Assembly: GCA_964609665.1 (NCBI GenBank)
Contig: CAZSTV010000001.1
Coordinates: 34,733 to 81,914, forward strand
Reading direction: 5' to 3'
DNA from: an uncultured Acidimicrobiaceae bacterium
Lineage (GTDB): Bacteria; Actinomycetota; Acidimicrobiia; Acidimicrobiales; SZUA-35
Length of the DNA: 47,182 bases
Shown: positions 9,270 through 17,716 of the stretch, piece by piece
Position numbering within the stretch: the first letter of the stretch is position 1
Layout of the letters: each line of letters opens with the position of its first letter
The notes under the pieces: generated by a model
Seen by the model: only the letters and a program-made list of their open reading frames with translations
Databases searched by the model: none
What the model was told of the DNA's origin: nothing
Translations under genes and position numbers: made by a program

Positions 9270-10273
9270 CCGCCCCGGTGCTGGCGATGCCAGCCCCACT
9301 GTTGACGGATGCCGTCCAGGAGGGAGGTTGTCGGTCGCCATCTGAGGAGGTCAGCGGTGGGGGCGATGTCGGCCGCTGTCGCCGTTGGGTCTCCCGGTGC
9401 CGTCGGGCCGTCAACGACCATCGGGGCCGTGCCGGTCACCGCTGTCACGGTTGAAATCACCTCGTTGAGCGACACCGCGCAGCCACCGCCGACGTCGAGG
9501 GTTGCTCCGGCCAGGCCTGGGTGTGGAGACAATCCTGCGGCCACCGTTGCCGCCACCACGTCTGCGACGAAGGTGAACTCCCGCATCTGGGTGCCGGGGC
9601 CACGTCGGGTGAATGGTGCTTTTTCGTGACGAGGGGCGGTGGCGGCCAGGAGTCGTTCGATGGCCATATCCGGGCGCTGTCGCGGCCCGAAGACGGTGAA
9701 ATATCGCAGGTTGACCACATCGAGCCCCAGGTGGCCGTAGACCCTTGACAACTGCTCCCCTGCCGCCTTTGAAACGCCATAGGGGCTGACCGGGTCGACC
9801 GACCGGGAGCCGGTTGTGGCGCCATTCCCGTACACCGACGAGCTGGATGCGTTGACCAGCCGGCCAACGCCGCTGGCGGCCGCGGCCTCCAGCACCTGTT
9901 GCGTCATGGTGATGTTCAGTCGGCAGGTGTCCTGAAAGCCGCTGCCCCAGGATTGCTGCACACCGGGTCTGGCGGCCAGGTGGAAGACAACGTCCACGTC
10001 GGAGAAATGATGGGCCAGGTCAGTGCTCGCCATATCTGGGCTCGATATGTCAGCTTCGACGAGACGAAACCTCGGATGGGTCGTGGCCGACACCAGGTTG
10101 CGTCGCTTGTGGGCGGGGTCATACCAGGGGTCGAAGTTGTCGATCCCGGTCACCTGACAACCCTCGGCCAGGAGCTGATCGACCAGATGAGATCCGATAA
10201 ATCCCGCTGCGCCGGTGACGACAGTGGTTTTTGGTGTCCGAATCGGCTCTTCACCATGGTATTCAGAAATCAT
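9242..10273 (-). CDS. NAD-dependent nucleotide-sugar epimerase/dehydratase (extended SDR)
   Basis: VVTGAAGFIGSHLVDQLL Rossmann motif, a YGVSK catalytic Y-x3-K, and RYFTVFGPRQRPDMA, typical of UDP-sugar 4-epimerase/decarboxylase enzymes. Confidence 0.85.
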   Translation of the reverse strand: MISEYHGEEPIRTPKTTVVTGAAGFIGSHLVDQLLAEGCQVTGIDNFDPWYDPAHKRRNLVSATTHPRFRLVEADISSPDMASTDLAHHFSDVDVVFHLAARPGVQQSWGSGFQDTCRLNITMTQQVLEAAAASGVGRLVNASSSSVYGNGATTGSRSVDPVSPYGVSKAAGEQLSRVYGHLGLDVVNLRYFTVFGPRQRPDMAIERLLAATAPRHEKAPFTRRGPGTQMREFTFVADVVAATVAAGLSPHPGLAGATLDVGGGCAVSLNEVISTVTAVTGTAPMVVDGPTAPGDPTATAADIAPTADLLRWRPTTSLLDGIRQQWGWHRQHRGGQDEVAAAA

Positions 10274-10331
10274 TAGGCATACTTTACATTGTGATCTGCG
10301 GAATGTCCCAAAAAATGTTGTGTGTAACCGG

Positions 10332-11732
10332 ATGAGCGATGTGGTGGTACTCGGTGCCGGTCCGGCTGGACTGATGGCAGCGCTGACGGCGGCTCGTGCT
10401 GGTCATCAGGTGACCGTGCTTGAGGCCTCATCGCAGGTCGGGGGCATGGCGGGGAGCTTTGAGGTGGCGGGACAGCGGGTGGACTTTGGGTCCCACCGCC
10501 TCCATCCCGCTACTCCCCCGGCGCTGCTTGGGTTGATCCGTGAGCTGCTTGGCGAAGACTTGCAGTCTCGCCCGAGGGCTGGTCGCATCAGGCTCGGTGG
10601 CCGTTGGGTCGGGTTTCCGTTGCGGGCTGCCAACCTCGTCAGCAGCCTCCCGCCGACCATGGCGGGCAGACTCATGGCTGATGCCGCGGCGGGCACCGTC
10701 GGCCGAGTGATTAAGCGCGGTGCCGGTGCGGTGGAGGGCGCGTCATTCGCCACCGAGATTCTGCACCGCTTCGGGCCGACCGTGCTGGCCGAGTTCTACG
10801 GGCCGTTTGCGACGAAGCTGTATGGTGTTGACCCGGCGGACCTGAGTGGCGAACTGGCTCGGCGGCGGGTGTCCGCATCATCGCCTGGTGACATCGCCAA
10901 ACGCTTGGCCCGAGCCGCTCGTCCTGCGGGCCGCACGTTCTACTATCCGCGACGCGGCTACGGTCAGATAGCGGAACGGTTGGCCGATGCCGCCATCGAC
11001 GCGGGGGCCACCATTGCGCTGAACTCGCCTGTCGATGGCGTACAGGTTGGGGCCGACTGTGTCACGATCAGCGCTGGAACGTCATCGGTGGAGGCTCCGG
11101 TCGGGTTGTCGACCATCCCCGTGACCACGTTGGGTGCCATCATGGACCCGGGACCGTCAGCCGACGTTGTGGCCGCGCTCGATGCCGTTGAAACCCGGGC
11201 GATGATCCTGGTGTACCTCGTGCTTGATCGGCCGCAGTACACCCCCTTCGATGCTCACTACCTTCCCGGTCTGGATACCACGGTGGCTCGACTGTCGGAG
11301 CCAAAGAACTATCGCACCGCGGATGATCCGCCCGGTACGACCGTGTTGTGCGCAGAGATCGCCTGTTGGACCACCGACGACATGTGGCAGTGGCCCGCCG
11401 ACCGGCTGGCCGAGTTGGTGGTGTCTGACCTGGAGCGGTCGGGTCTGCCGACGGTGCACCATGTCGGGTGTGAGGTGAAGCGACTTGGGTCGGTGTATCC
11501 GGTGTACCGCCGGGCGACCGAGTCTGATCGGGCGATGATCGACCGGTGGGCGTCGTCCAATGATCGGCTGCTGTCACTCGGTCGGCAGGGCCTTCGGGCG
11601 ATCGACAACCTCCACCACGTTTTGGCCATAGGCGAGGGGGCCGCCTCATCGATTGCTCATGACGGTGCGGTGGACCTGCACCATTGGCGGAATCAGCTCA
11701 CACAATTCGCGAAGCACACAGTCGAAGACTGA
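10332..11732 (+). CDS. FAD-dependent oxidoreductase (amine-oxidase / protoporphyrinogen-oxidase / UDP-galactopyranose-mutase-like fold)
   Basis: DVVVLGAGPAGLMAALTAARAGHQVTVLEASSQVGGM dinucleotide-binding motif begins right after ATG 10332. The upstream extension to 10215 overlaps the divergent epimerase gene start. Confidence 0.75.
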   Translation: MSDVVVLGAGPAGLMAALTAARAGHQVTVLEASSQVGGMAGSFEVAGQRVDFGSHRLHPATPPALLGLIRELLGEDLQSRPRAGRIRLGGRWVGFPLRAANLVSSLPPTMAGRLMADAAAGTVGRVIKRGAGAVEGASFATEILHRFGPTVLAEFYGPFATKLYGVDPADLSGELARRRVSASSPGDIAKRLARAARPAGRTFYYPRRGYGQIAERLADAAIDAGATIALNSPVDGVQVGADCVTISAGTSSVEAPVGLSTIPVTTLGAIMDPGPSADVVAALDAVETRAMILVYLVLDRPQYTPFDAHYLPGLDTTVARLSEPKNYRTADDPPGTTVLCAEIACWTTDDMWQWPADRLAELVVSDLERSGLPTVHHVGCEVKRLGSVYPVYRRATESDRAMIDRWASSNDRLLSLGRQGLRAIDNLHHVLAIGEGAASSIAHDGAVDLHHWRNQLTQFAKHTVED

Positions 11733-11833
11733 AGTACGCAGTCGAAGACTGAAGTACGCAGTCGAAGACTGAAGTAGACAGTCGAAGACTGAAGTAGACA
11801 GTCGAAGACTGAAGTAGACAGTCGAAGACTGAG
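11719..11833. repeat. 20-bp tandem repeat, about 5.7 copies, each carrying the inverted repeat CAGTC-GAA-GACTG
   Basis: The unit CAGTCGAAGACTGAAGTA(CG/GA) starts at 11719, 11739, 11759, 11779, 11799 and 11819 (last copy partial). Copies 1-2 end in CG and copies 3-5 end in GA. Copy 1 contains the last codons and the TGA stop of the FAD oxidoreductase. Confidence 0.95.
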
Positions 11834-11848
11834 TCCTTCCGGCGGCGC

Positions 11849-12493
11849 CTATTCGGCGTCGTCGACGGCGCTCATCACGTCCAGCCCGGCGTAGTTGCCC
11901 TCGGGGTCCGGCACCTCGACCACTCGATCGTCGACGTCGTCGTACTCCAAGCGGAGCGCCTTGGTCATCGTGGCGTGCATGGCGTAGGTGCACGTGGTGT
12001 AGGTGAATTCGAGAATCTCCTCATCGGAGAGGTGGTTCGTGAGCTCGTCGAACAGAGCGTCCGGTACTCGACCGTGTTGGAGGGTGAGGCAGTCGGTGTA
12101 GGCCAGGACCGCGCGTTCGGCCGGGGACCAGCAGTTCGCTACCGACCACGAGGGAATCGCGGCGACCTGTTCGTCGGTGAACCCCACGTCCCGGCATGCC
12201 TTGCAATGCTGGCTGAAGACAAACTGGCTGCCGACGGTCCAGCCAGCCCTGGTCTGGCCGAGTTCGCGGAGCTTTGGATCCAGCTGGCGGTCGGGCGAAC
12301 GGTAGAACTGGAAGCCTGCGGTGGTGTGGTCGAAGGCGTCCGGCACCAACGCGAAGACCGTCCACCAGTCCCCGGGGGTGCCGCTGGCCGTTCCCGGCTC
12401 TTCGACGGGGTCTCGGTCGCCGAACAGGAACGAGTACATGGACTTTGCGAAACCGTGCGCTTCGCTCTTTGGGACCTGCCGTAGCCGTGGCAT
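11849..12493 (-). CDS. Carboxymuconolactone decarboxylase (AhpD-like) family protein
   Basis: AhpD-like core with a CxxC (FSQHCKACRDVGF) and the typical helical repeat LSDEEILEFTYTTCTYAMH. The start shares one base with the upstream VOC gene stop. Confidence 0.7.
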   Translation of the reverse strand: MPRLRQVPKSEAHGFAKSMYSFLFGDRDPVEEPGTASGTPGDWWTVFALVPDAFDHTTAGFQFYRSPDRQLDPKLRELGQTRAGWTVGSQFVFSQHCKACRDVGFTDEQVAAIPSWSVANCWSPAERAVLAYTDCLTLQHGRVPDALFDELTNHLSDEEILEFTYTTCTYAMHATMTKALRLEYDDVDDRVVEVPDPEGNYAGLDVMSAVDDAE

Positions 12494-13032
12494 CAGTTCG
12501 CTCCCTGTTCTTGTTCTTCGGTTGCCTTGGCTTTGGCTGCCTTGGCTTCGGCGGCCGGGTCTGCGGTGAGCAGCCGCTTCGCCTCGGCCGGGTCTTTGGT
12601 GAAGCCTGGAGCGTCACGGCAAAGTTCCACCATGATTTGGTTGGGGTCGAGATAGTACAGCGAGTGACACCAGCCGTGATCCAGTTCCATCAGCGGCTCG
12701 ATCCCCGCGGCGGTCATGCGTTCCCGGACCTCTTCCTGCTTCTCGGCGGTGGCTCTGAACGCGCAGTGGTTCACCCAGACCGGTAGTCCGACCCCTTTCG
12801 AAAGGTCGGTGGTCCAGTCGGGTAGCTCGCCGATTTGTTCGAACTGGAAGAACGCTATCGACTCCGACTCGCCGTCGCCGTTGGGGCCAATGTCGTAAAA
12901 GACGTGACGGACCCAGCTGTCTCCCTGGGCCTGCAGCTCGGTGTGTACGAGCGGAAAGCCCATCAGATCCTCATAGAAGTGGGTGGTGGCCTCCACATCT
13001 CTGGTTGCGTACGCGACGTGGTGGATTGGCAT
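12493..13032 (-). CDS. VOC (glyoxalase/bleomycin-resistance/dioxygenase) family protein
   Basis: MPIHHVAYATRDVEATTHFYEDLMGFPLV is the classical VOC N-terminal beta-alpha-beta module, and HCAFRA forms a second module. Lys/Ala-rich C-terminal tail. Confidence 0.8.
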   Translation of the reverse strand: MPIHHVAYATRDVEATTHFYEDLMGFPLVHTELQAQGDSWVRHVFYDIGPNGDGESESIAFFQFEQIGELPDWTTDLSKGVGLPVWVNHCAFRATAEKQEEVRERMTAAGIEPLMELDHGWCHSLYYLDPNQIMVELCRDAPGFTKDPAEAKRLLTADPAAEAKAAKAKATEEQEQGAN

Positions 13033-13112
13033 GGACCTGCTCCTCGAGGTTCTGGTAGCGAAGGGCTGTTGTTAGAGGGTATGTGAGCCGACGTGGTTGG
13101 GCGAGCCGAGCT

Positions 13113-14192
13113 TCAGCAGCCGCCGGGATTGGCGGGGAGGTGGTCAAAGACACCGACCGGTCGGGTCTTGGCGTATTCGGTGACGACCGGGCGGAGCTGG
13201 TCTGGGCTTGCGCCATGGAGAATCACGCCGTCGCAGCCAAGGTCGAACTGTGCCCGAACCGTCTCGACACACTGTTTTGGGTCTCCGGTGGCGGCCGGAG
13301 CGAGCCACTCATCCGGTATCAGCGTTGCGATGTGTTCCAGCTGCTCGGTGGTGGCAATCGCGTCGATCGATCCGGGGAACGTTGCGACGAGTGGGTCTGC
13401 CCGAAAGCGTTCGAGTGCGGCCGGGTCCCAGCCATTGGTCTCAACCATGAGGTCACCGTAGGCCTGGAGGTAGGTGCCCATTCGCCCGACGGTCTTCTTC
13501 AACCGGACCGGTTCCGGAAGGTGATCGCCTACGGTGGCAAGACAGGACCACACCCGAACCGACGCCGGGTCACGCCCCGCCTGTTCCGCCGCGGTCTTGA
13601 CGGTGTCGACCACCCTGGCCGTAGTCTCGTCGGTGAAGAACGTGTGGAGCACGACGGCGTCGAAGCATCGGCCGCCGAGCGCCAAGGAGTTCGGTCCGAA
13701 GGCGGTGAGGGTCATTGGGATGTGGTGCTCTCCTACCCCACGCATGGCAAGCGCCGGGTAGGCCCCGGCCGGACCGTCGTGGCCGATCACCGCCTCACCT
13801 CGCCACACCCGTCGCATCAGGCCGACGAAGTCCTCCATTTGTGCGGTGGTGATGGGTTTGAGTCCGTAAGCGGCGAACACGCGGTCGATGCCCCGCCCAA
13901 GCCCCAGCGAGAAGCGGCCGCCGGTAAGCGCGTGCATTGTCATGGCGTGGGCGGCGGTGACCATGGGGTGACGGGTGCTGTGATTGGTTGCGGCGGTCGC
14001 AATGCCGATGCGTTCGGAGGCAACGCCGACGGCTCCACAGATGGTGGCGGCTTCCTTGATGTTGAACCGCTCGCTGACGAACGCCGCGCCGATGCCTAGT
14101 TCCTCGGCCTGCCTAACCTCGTCGATGAGGTCTCGTGGGGATTCGGGGGCTCCGGCGAGGGTATAGAAACCCAGCTCATTCATCTGCGTCAT
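13113..14192 (-). CDS. Luciferase-like monooxygenase (LLM-class flavin/F420-dependent oxidoreductase)
   Basis: LGFYTLAGAPESPRDLIDEVRQAEELGIGAAFVSERF and RFSLGLGRG are typical LLM motifs. ATG 14192 is chosen because the family-like sequence starts there. Confidence 0.8.
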   Translation of the reverse strand: MTQMNELGFYTLAGAPESPRDLIDEVRQAEELGIGAAFVSERFNIKEAATICGAVGVASERIGIATAATNHSTRHPMVTAAHAMTMHALTGGRFSLGLGRGIDRVFAAYGLKPITTAQMEDFVGLMRRVWRGEAVIGHDGPAGAYPALAMRGVGEHHIPMTLTAFGPNSLALGGRCFDAVVLHTFFTDETTARVVDTVKTAAEQAGRDPASVRVWSCLATVGDHLPEPVRLKKTVGRMGTYLQAYGDLMVETNGWDPAALERFRADPLVATFPGSIDAIATTEQLEHIATLIPDEWLAPAATGDPKQCVETVRAQFDLGCDGVILHGASPDQLRPVVTEYAKTRPVGVFDHLPANPGGC

Positions 14193-14322
14193 CACCGCCA
14201 CGAAACCACGAAAGTGACGGTCACACCAGCTGCGTAGCAAAGCGGTGGCACGGGCCACAGCCGGACCGGTCCAACCGGTAGAGTTTTCGCCATGAGCGAG
14301 CGGCGCCTTCAACCGACGACGG

Positions 14323-14667
14323 ATGCTCGGTTCGCGGTGCAGTTCTTCTGGCGGAGCGAGAGCAGTAGTGGTCGCTGAAACCCATAGTGCCTATGACGAT
14401 CTCTCCAAGAGCGACGTTGTCGACTTTGTCCTGAACGTGGTCGCCGGGTTGGACCTTGATGCGTCGGCGGGCGTTTCGACCACGCTGGCCGATTGCGACG
14501 TGCGCTCCAGCGCCGACGTTGCAGAGCTGGCGGACCTGGTCAGCGAAGAGTATGGCGAGCGGACGTTGCTCGGCATTGACCTGGAGGACGTGGAACAGAC
14601 GTGTTCTGTCGCCGACTTTGTTTCGCTGCTCTACCCCGACCTATCCGACGACGCCGGCGATGGGTGA
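14323..14667 (+). CDS. Small, very acidic hypothetical protein (possibly an ACP-like helical bundle)
   Basis: Its stop overlaps the next gene start (ATGGGTGA, 14660-14667). GC-rich third codon positions. Segments LADCDVRSSADVAELADLVSEEYG and VADFVSLL loosely resemble carrier-protein helices, but there is no clear DSL phosphopantetheine site. The start is uncertain. Confidence 0.45.
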   Translation: MLGSRCSSSGGARAVVVAETHSAYDDLSKSDVVDFVLNVVAGLDLDASAGVSTTLADCDVRSSADVAELADLVSEEYGERTLLGIDLEDVEQTCSVADFVSLLYPDLSDDAGDG

Positions 14668-16021
14668 TCTCCTCGCCGAGCTGACGGCTCGGCTCCCCGC
14701 CAGCCGGATTCAGCAGGACCCTGATGTCGTTGATGCGTACGCACAGGACCGTGCGATCTTCGAGAAGGGTGGGACGGCCGCAGTCCTTGTGAGCCCAACC
14801 TCAACCGAGGAGGTGGTGGCGGCTGTAGCCGCGGCGATCGCCGCCGATGCCATCATCGTGCCTCGCGGCGCAGGCACGGGCCTCACCGGCGGAGCAAACG
14901 CGGTCGACGGGTGCATGATGCTGTCGCTGCACAACATGGCCGAGGTCATCGAGATCGACCCGGTCAACCGGACGGCCAGGGTCCAGCCGGGCCTTATCAA
15001 TGCCGATCTGAAAGCTGCGGTCGCCGAACACGGTCTCTACTACCCGCCGGACCCTGCCAGCTACGAGATGTCGAGTATCGGTGGCAACGTCGCCACTAAT
15101 GCCGGTGGCTTGTGCTGTGTGAAGTACGGCGTCACGAGAGACTATGTGATGGGACTCGAAGTGGTGCTGGCAAACGGGGACGTGATCCGCACCGGACGCA
15201 CCACCATCAAGAGCACGACCGGGCTTGACCTGACCGGCCTGTTCGTCGGTTCGGAAGGATTGCTCGGGATCATCACCGAGATCACCGTAAAACTTGAACC
15301 GGCACCGGCGCCGCCGGCGACAGCCGTTGCCTACTTTGCTGATCTGCCGTCGGCGGGAACCGCCATCAAGCAGATATTTGCCGAAGGTCTTGAACCGGTG
15401 GTCATGGAGATCGTCGATCAGTGCTCGTTGCGGTTCGTCGAACAGTTCTTTCCCATGGAACTGGACACCGAGGCCGCATGCCTTCTGTTGATGCAGGCAT
15501 CGGTGGCCGAGCAACCGATCTCCGCCTTCGTCGATGTGTGCCGGGCCAACGGCGCCACGTCGGCGTACCAGACCGACAATCCCGAGGAAGGCGAGATGAT
15601 GCTCGAGGTGCGGCGCAAGGTGTGGCCCGCCCTGGAGCGGCTCGGTCGGTCGTTGCTGCCAGAGGACGTGGCGGTCGGCCGCGACCGACTGCCTGAACTG
15701 TTGGCAGGAATTGTCGAAATTGCTGAGAGACACAAGGTGATTACGCCGGTCATCGGGCATGCCGGTGATGGCAACATGCACCCGATCTTTGTTTTTGACG
15801 AACACGACCCCGACGAGTTGGAGCGGGCAAAGCAGGCCTTCGCCGACATCGTTGCCCTGTCATTGAAGTTGGGCGGCACGATTGCCGCCGAGCACGGCAT
15901 CGGCACCTTGAAACGGCAGTACGTCTCAGATGAGGTCGAACCGGTGCATCTGGCGGTCCAGCGTTCGGTGAAGGACCTGTTTGACCCCCACCACCGTTTG
16001 AACCCTGGCAAGGCGCTCTAG
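14660..16021 (+). CDS. FAD-linked oxidase (GlcD / D-lactate dehydrogenase-like)
   Basis: FAD_binding_4-type motifs VSPTSTEEVVAAVAAA, IVPRGAGTGLTGGA and MSSIGGNVATNAGG. C-terminal oxidase domain HAGDGNMHP..GGTIAAEHGIG. Confidence 0.85.
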   Translation: MGDLLAELTARLPASRIQQDPDVVDAYAQDRAIFEKGGTAAVLVSPTSTEEVVAAVAAAIAADAIIVPRGAGTGLTGGANAVDGCMMLSLHNMAEVIEIDPVNRTARVQPGLINADLKAAVAEHGLYYPPDPASYEMSSIGGNVATNAGGLCCVKYGVTRDYVMGLEVVLANGDVIRTGRTTIKSTTGLDLTGLFVGSEGLLGIITEITVKLEPAPAPPATAVAYFADLPSAGTAIKQIFAEGLEPVVMEIVDQCSLRFVEQFFPMELDTEAACLLLMQASVAEQPISAFVDVCRANGATSAYQTDNPEEGEMMLEVRRKVWPALERLGRSLLPEDVAVGRDRLPELLAGIVEIAERHKVITPVIGHAGDGNMHPIFVFDEHDPDELERAKQAFADIVALSLKLGGTIAAEHGIGTLKRQYVSDEVEPVHLAVQRSVKDLFDPHHRLNPGKAL

Positions 16022-16048
16022 CAACGCCACGCCGCTGCCAACGAGTAG

Positions 16049-17596
16049 CTACTCGAACGGGTTGGTGCCGGTCTGCAGCTGTTCAATCCACTGACCGATG
16101 ACCTCGTCACCGCCGGTGAGTTCACCGGCTTCGTCGCCATAGGCCAGGTAGGACGAGAGGTCCTCTGCCGCTCCGGTAAGGTCTCCCGAGCCTGCTTTCG
16201 CCTTGCTCCTGGCGAGAAGAACGGTGCGCGGGGTGAGTTCGAAGCCGTAGTCGATTCCCCAGTACCCGCTGTCCATCTCGGCCAGCACCACGGTGAAGTC
16301 AAGGATGGCCTCGGTCCAGCGGCGGTCTGCGGCATAGATCTCGCCTCGGAGGAACTGGGCATGGGAGTCGCCGTTCTGGACCGCAGCTTCGTAGTCGGCG
16401 AGGGCGTCGGCTCTACGTCCGTTGGCGAAGTGCAGCTGACCTCGCTGTCGAAACGGGCCCCATCCGTCACCCGCTGCGATGGCCTGGTCGTAATCGGCAA
16501 GCGCTCGGTTGGTGTCGCCGTTCATTTGGTAGGCGTCGGCCCGTAGCGTCAACACGTAGCTGTCATCGTACGTGCCGAGCTCTAGGGCCGCGGTGTAGTC
16601 GGCGATTGCCGATTGTTGATCACCGAGTTGCTGGTAGGCGGACGCTCTGGAGATGTAGTCGTCTTCGTTTGGGTACAGGTCGATGGCTGCGCTGTAGTCA
16701 TCGATGGCCAGCTCCACCTCTCCGATCCGCTCCAGCAGCCAGGCTCGGCTCCTGAACACGTCATCTCGTCGGGGCTCCAGCTCGATAGCGCGCTCGTAGT
16801 CGGCGAGGGAACTGTCATAGTCGGGCAGCCATTCGTAGACGCCTGCCCTGCCGAGGAAGTGTTCTGCGTTGCGAGGCTCAAGCTCAATGGCCGTGGTGTA
16901 GTCGGCAATGGCCCCGTCTTGGTCGCCGTTCAGGTTCAGCAGGGCGGCTCGCTGCGCGTAGTAGTACGCATTGTCGGGCTCCAGCTCAATGGCCCGGGTG
17001 TAGTCGGCGATGGCCTCGTCATAGTCGTAGTTGTCCCAGTAGGCCTCCGCCCGCTCCGTGTACACCACCGCAGAGTTGGGATTGGCGTTGACCGCATCGG
17101 TGAACTCCGCAATCGCATCCGACTCGTCTCCCCACGGGTCGGCCGACAGGTCAGGGCCGGGATCGTCGGTGGACAGGGCGGTGACGAAGCCGCCGAGGAT
17201 TGCCCCGAAAATTGTCCCGACGAGCAGAAGGGCGACCGCGCCCGGCCACCCGAATCGAGCCGAGCGCTCTTCCTCATGTGTCTGTGGGAGCGCAGTTTGG
17301 TACGTGACCTGCGCGGGCTGCGAATACTGAGGTGGCTGTTGGAAGGTGTTTTGACCATACGGGCCCTGTCCCTGCGGGGGTTGGCCCTGCGGAGGTTGAC
17401 CGTAGGGGCCCTGGCCCTGTGGTGGCTGGCCGTATGGGGCGTGGCCGCCGAGTCCCGGCGGCGGAGCGCCGGGGCTGACCGGTGGTCCCGCCGGCAAAGG
17501 TCCGGTGCTACCGGGAGGAGGCACAGGCGGCAGCCCGCCAGTCTCGCCAAAGCGCGGTGACGTACCATCTTGCCGGGGTGCCCGATCCGAACCCAT
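16049..17596 (-). CDS. Membrane-anchored TPR-repeat protein with Pro/Gln/Gly/Tyr-rich cytoplasmic N-terminus
   Basis: N-terminal PPQGQGPYGQ repeats, one TM segment (GAVALLLVGTIFGAILGGFVTAL), then about 9-10 repeats of the type AIADYTRAIELEPDNAYYYAQRA. Confidence 0.8.
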   Translation of the reverse strand: MGSDRAPRQDGTSPRFGETGGLPPVPPPGSTGPLPAGPPVSPGAPPPGLGGHAPYGQPPQGQGPYGQPPQGQPPQGQGPYGQNTFQQPPQYSQPAQVTYQTALPQTHEEERSARFGWPGAVALLLVGTIFGAILGGFVTALSTDDPGPDLSADPWGDESDAIAEFTDAVNANPNSAVVYTERAEAYWDNYDYDEAIADYTRAIELEPDNAYYYAQRAALLNLNGDQDGAIADYTTAIELEPRNAEHFLGRAGVYEWLPDYDSSLADYERAIELEPRRDDVFRSRAWLLERIGEVELAIDDYSAAIDLYPNEDDYISRASAYQQLGDQQSAIADYTAALELGTYDDSYVLTLRADAYQMNGDTNRALADYDQAIAAGDGWGPFRQRGQLHFANGRRADALADYEAAVQNGDSHAQFLRGEIYAADRRWTEAILDFTVVLAEMDSGYWGIDYGFELTPRTVLLARSKAKAGSGDLTGAAEDLSSYLAYGDEAGELTGGDEVIGQWIEQLQTGTNPFE

Positions 17597-17673
17597 CGTC
17601 GGCCATTGTCGCGGGAAACTTACGTTCGTGCCAGGGCCTTTGTGACTACCACCTGCCCGCTGCTCTAGGCGTT

Positions 17674-17711
17674 GACCGTGACGTAGCGACAGTGACTTAG
17701 CGACCGTGACC
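17674..17711. repeat. 14-bp tandem repeat, about 2.7 copies
   Basis: GACCGTGACGTAGC (17674-17687), GACAGTGACTTAGC (17688-17701), GACCGTGACC (17702-17711). It lies between the OmpA-like gene stop and the TPR gene start. Confidence 0.85.
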
Positions 17712-17716
17712 TTGAT

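Noticed and set aside
10215-10331. ORF-track N-terminal extensions of several genes (10215, 13113..14312, 21982, 25193, 29957, 31819, 39987)
   Set aside because: The extensions overlap divergent neighbours or are Arg/Pro-rich. The conserved N-terminal family motifs begin at the internal starts given in the feature list.
11719-11833. Possible CRISPR array
   Set aside because: The 20-bp units are contiguous with no spacers, there is no leader, and no cas genes are in the window. It is a minisatellite-type tandem repeat.
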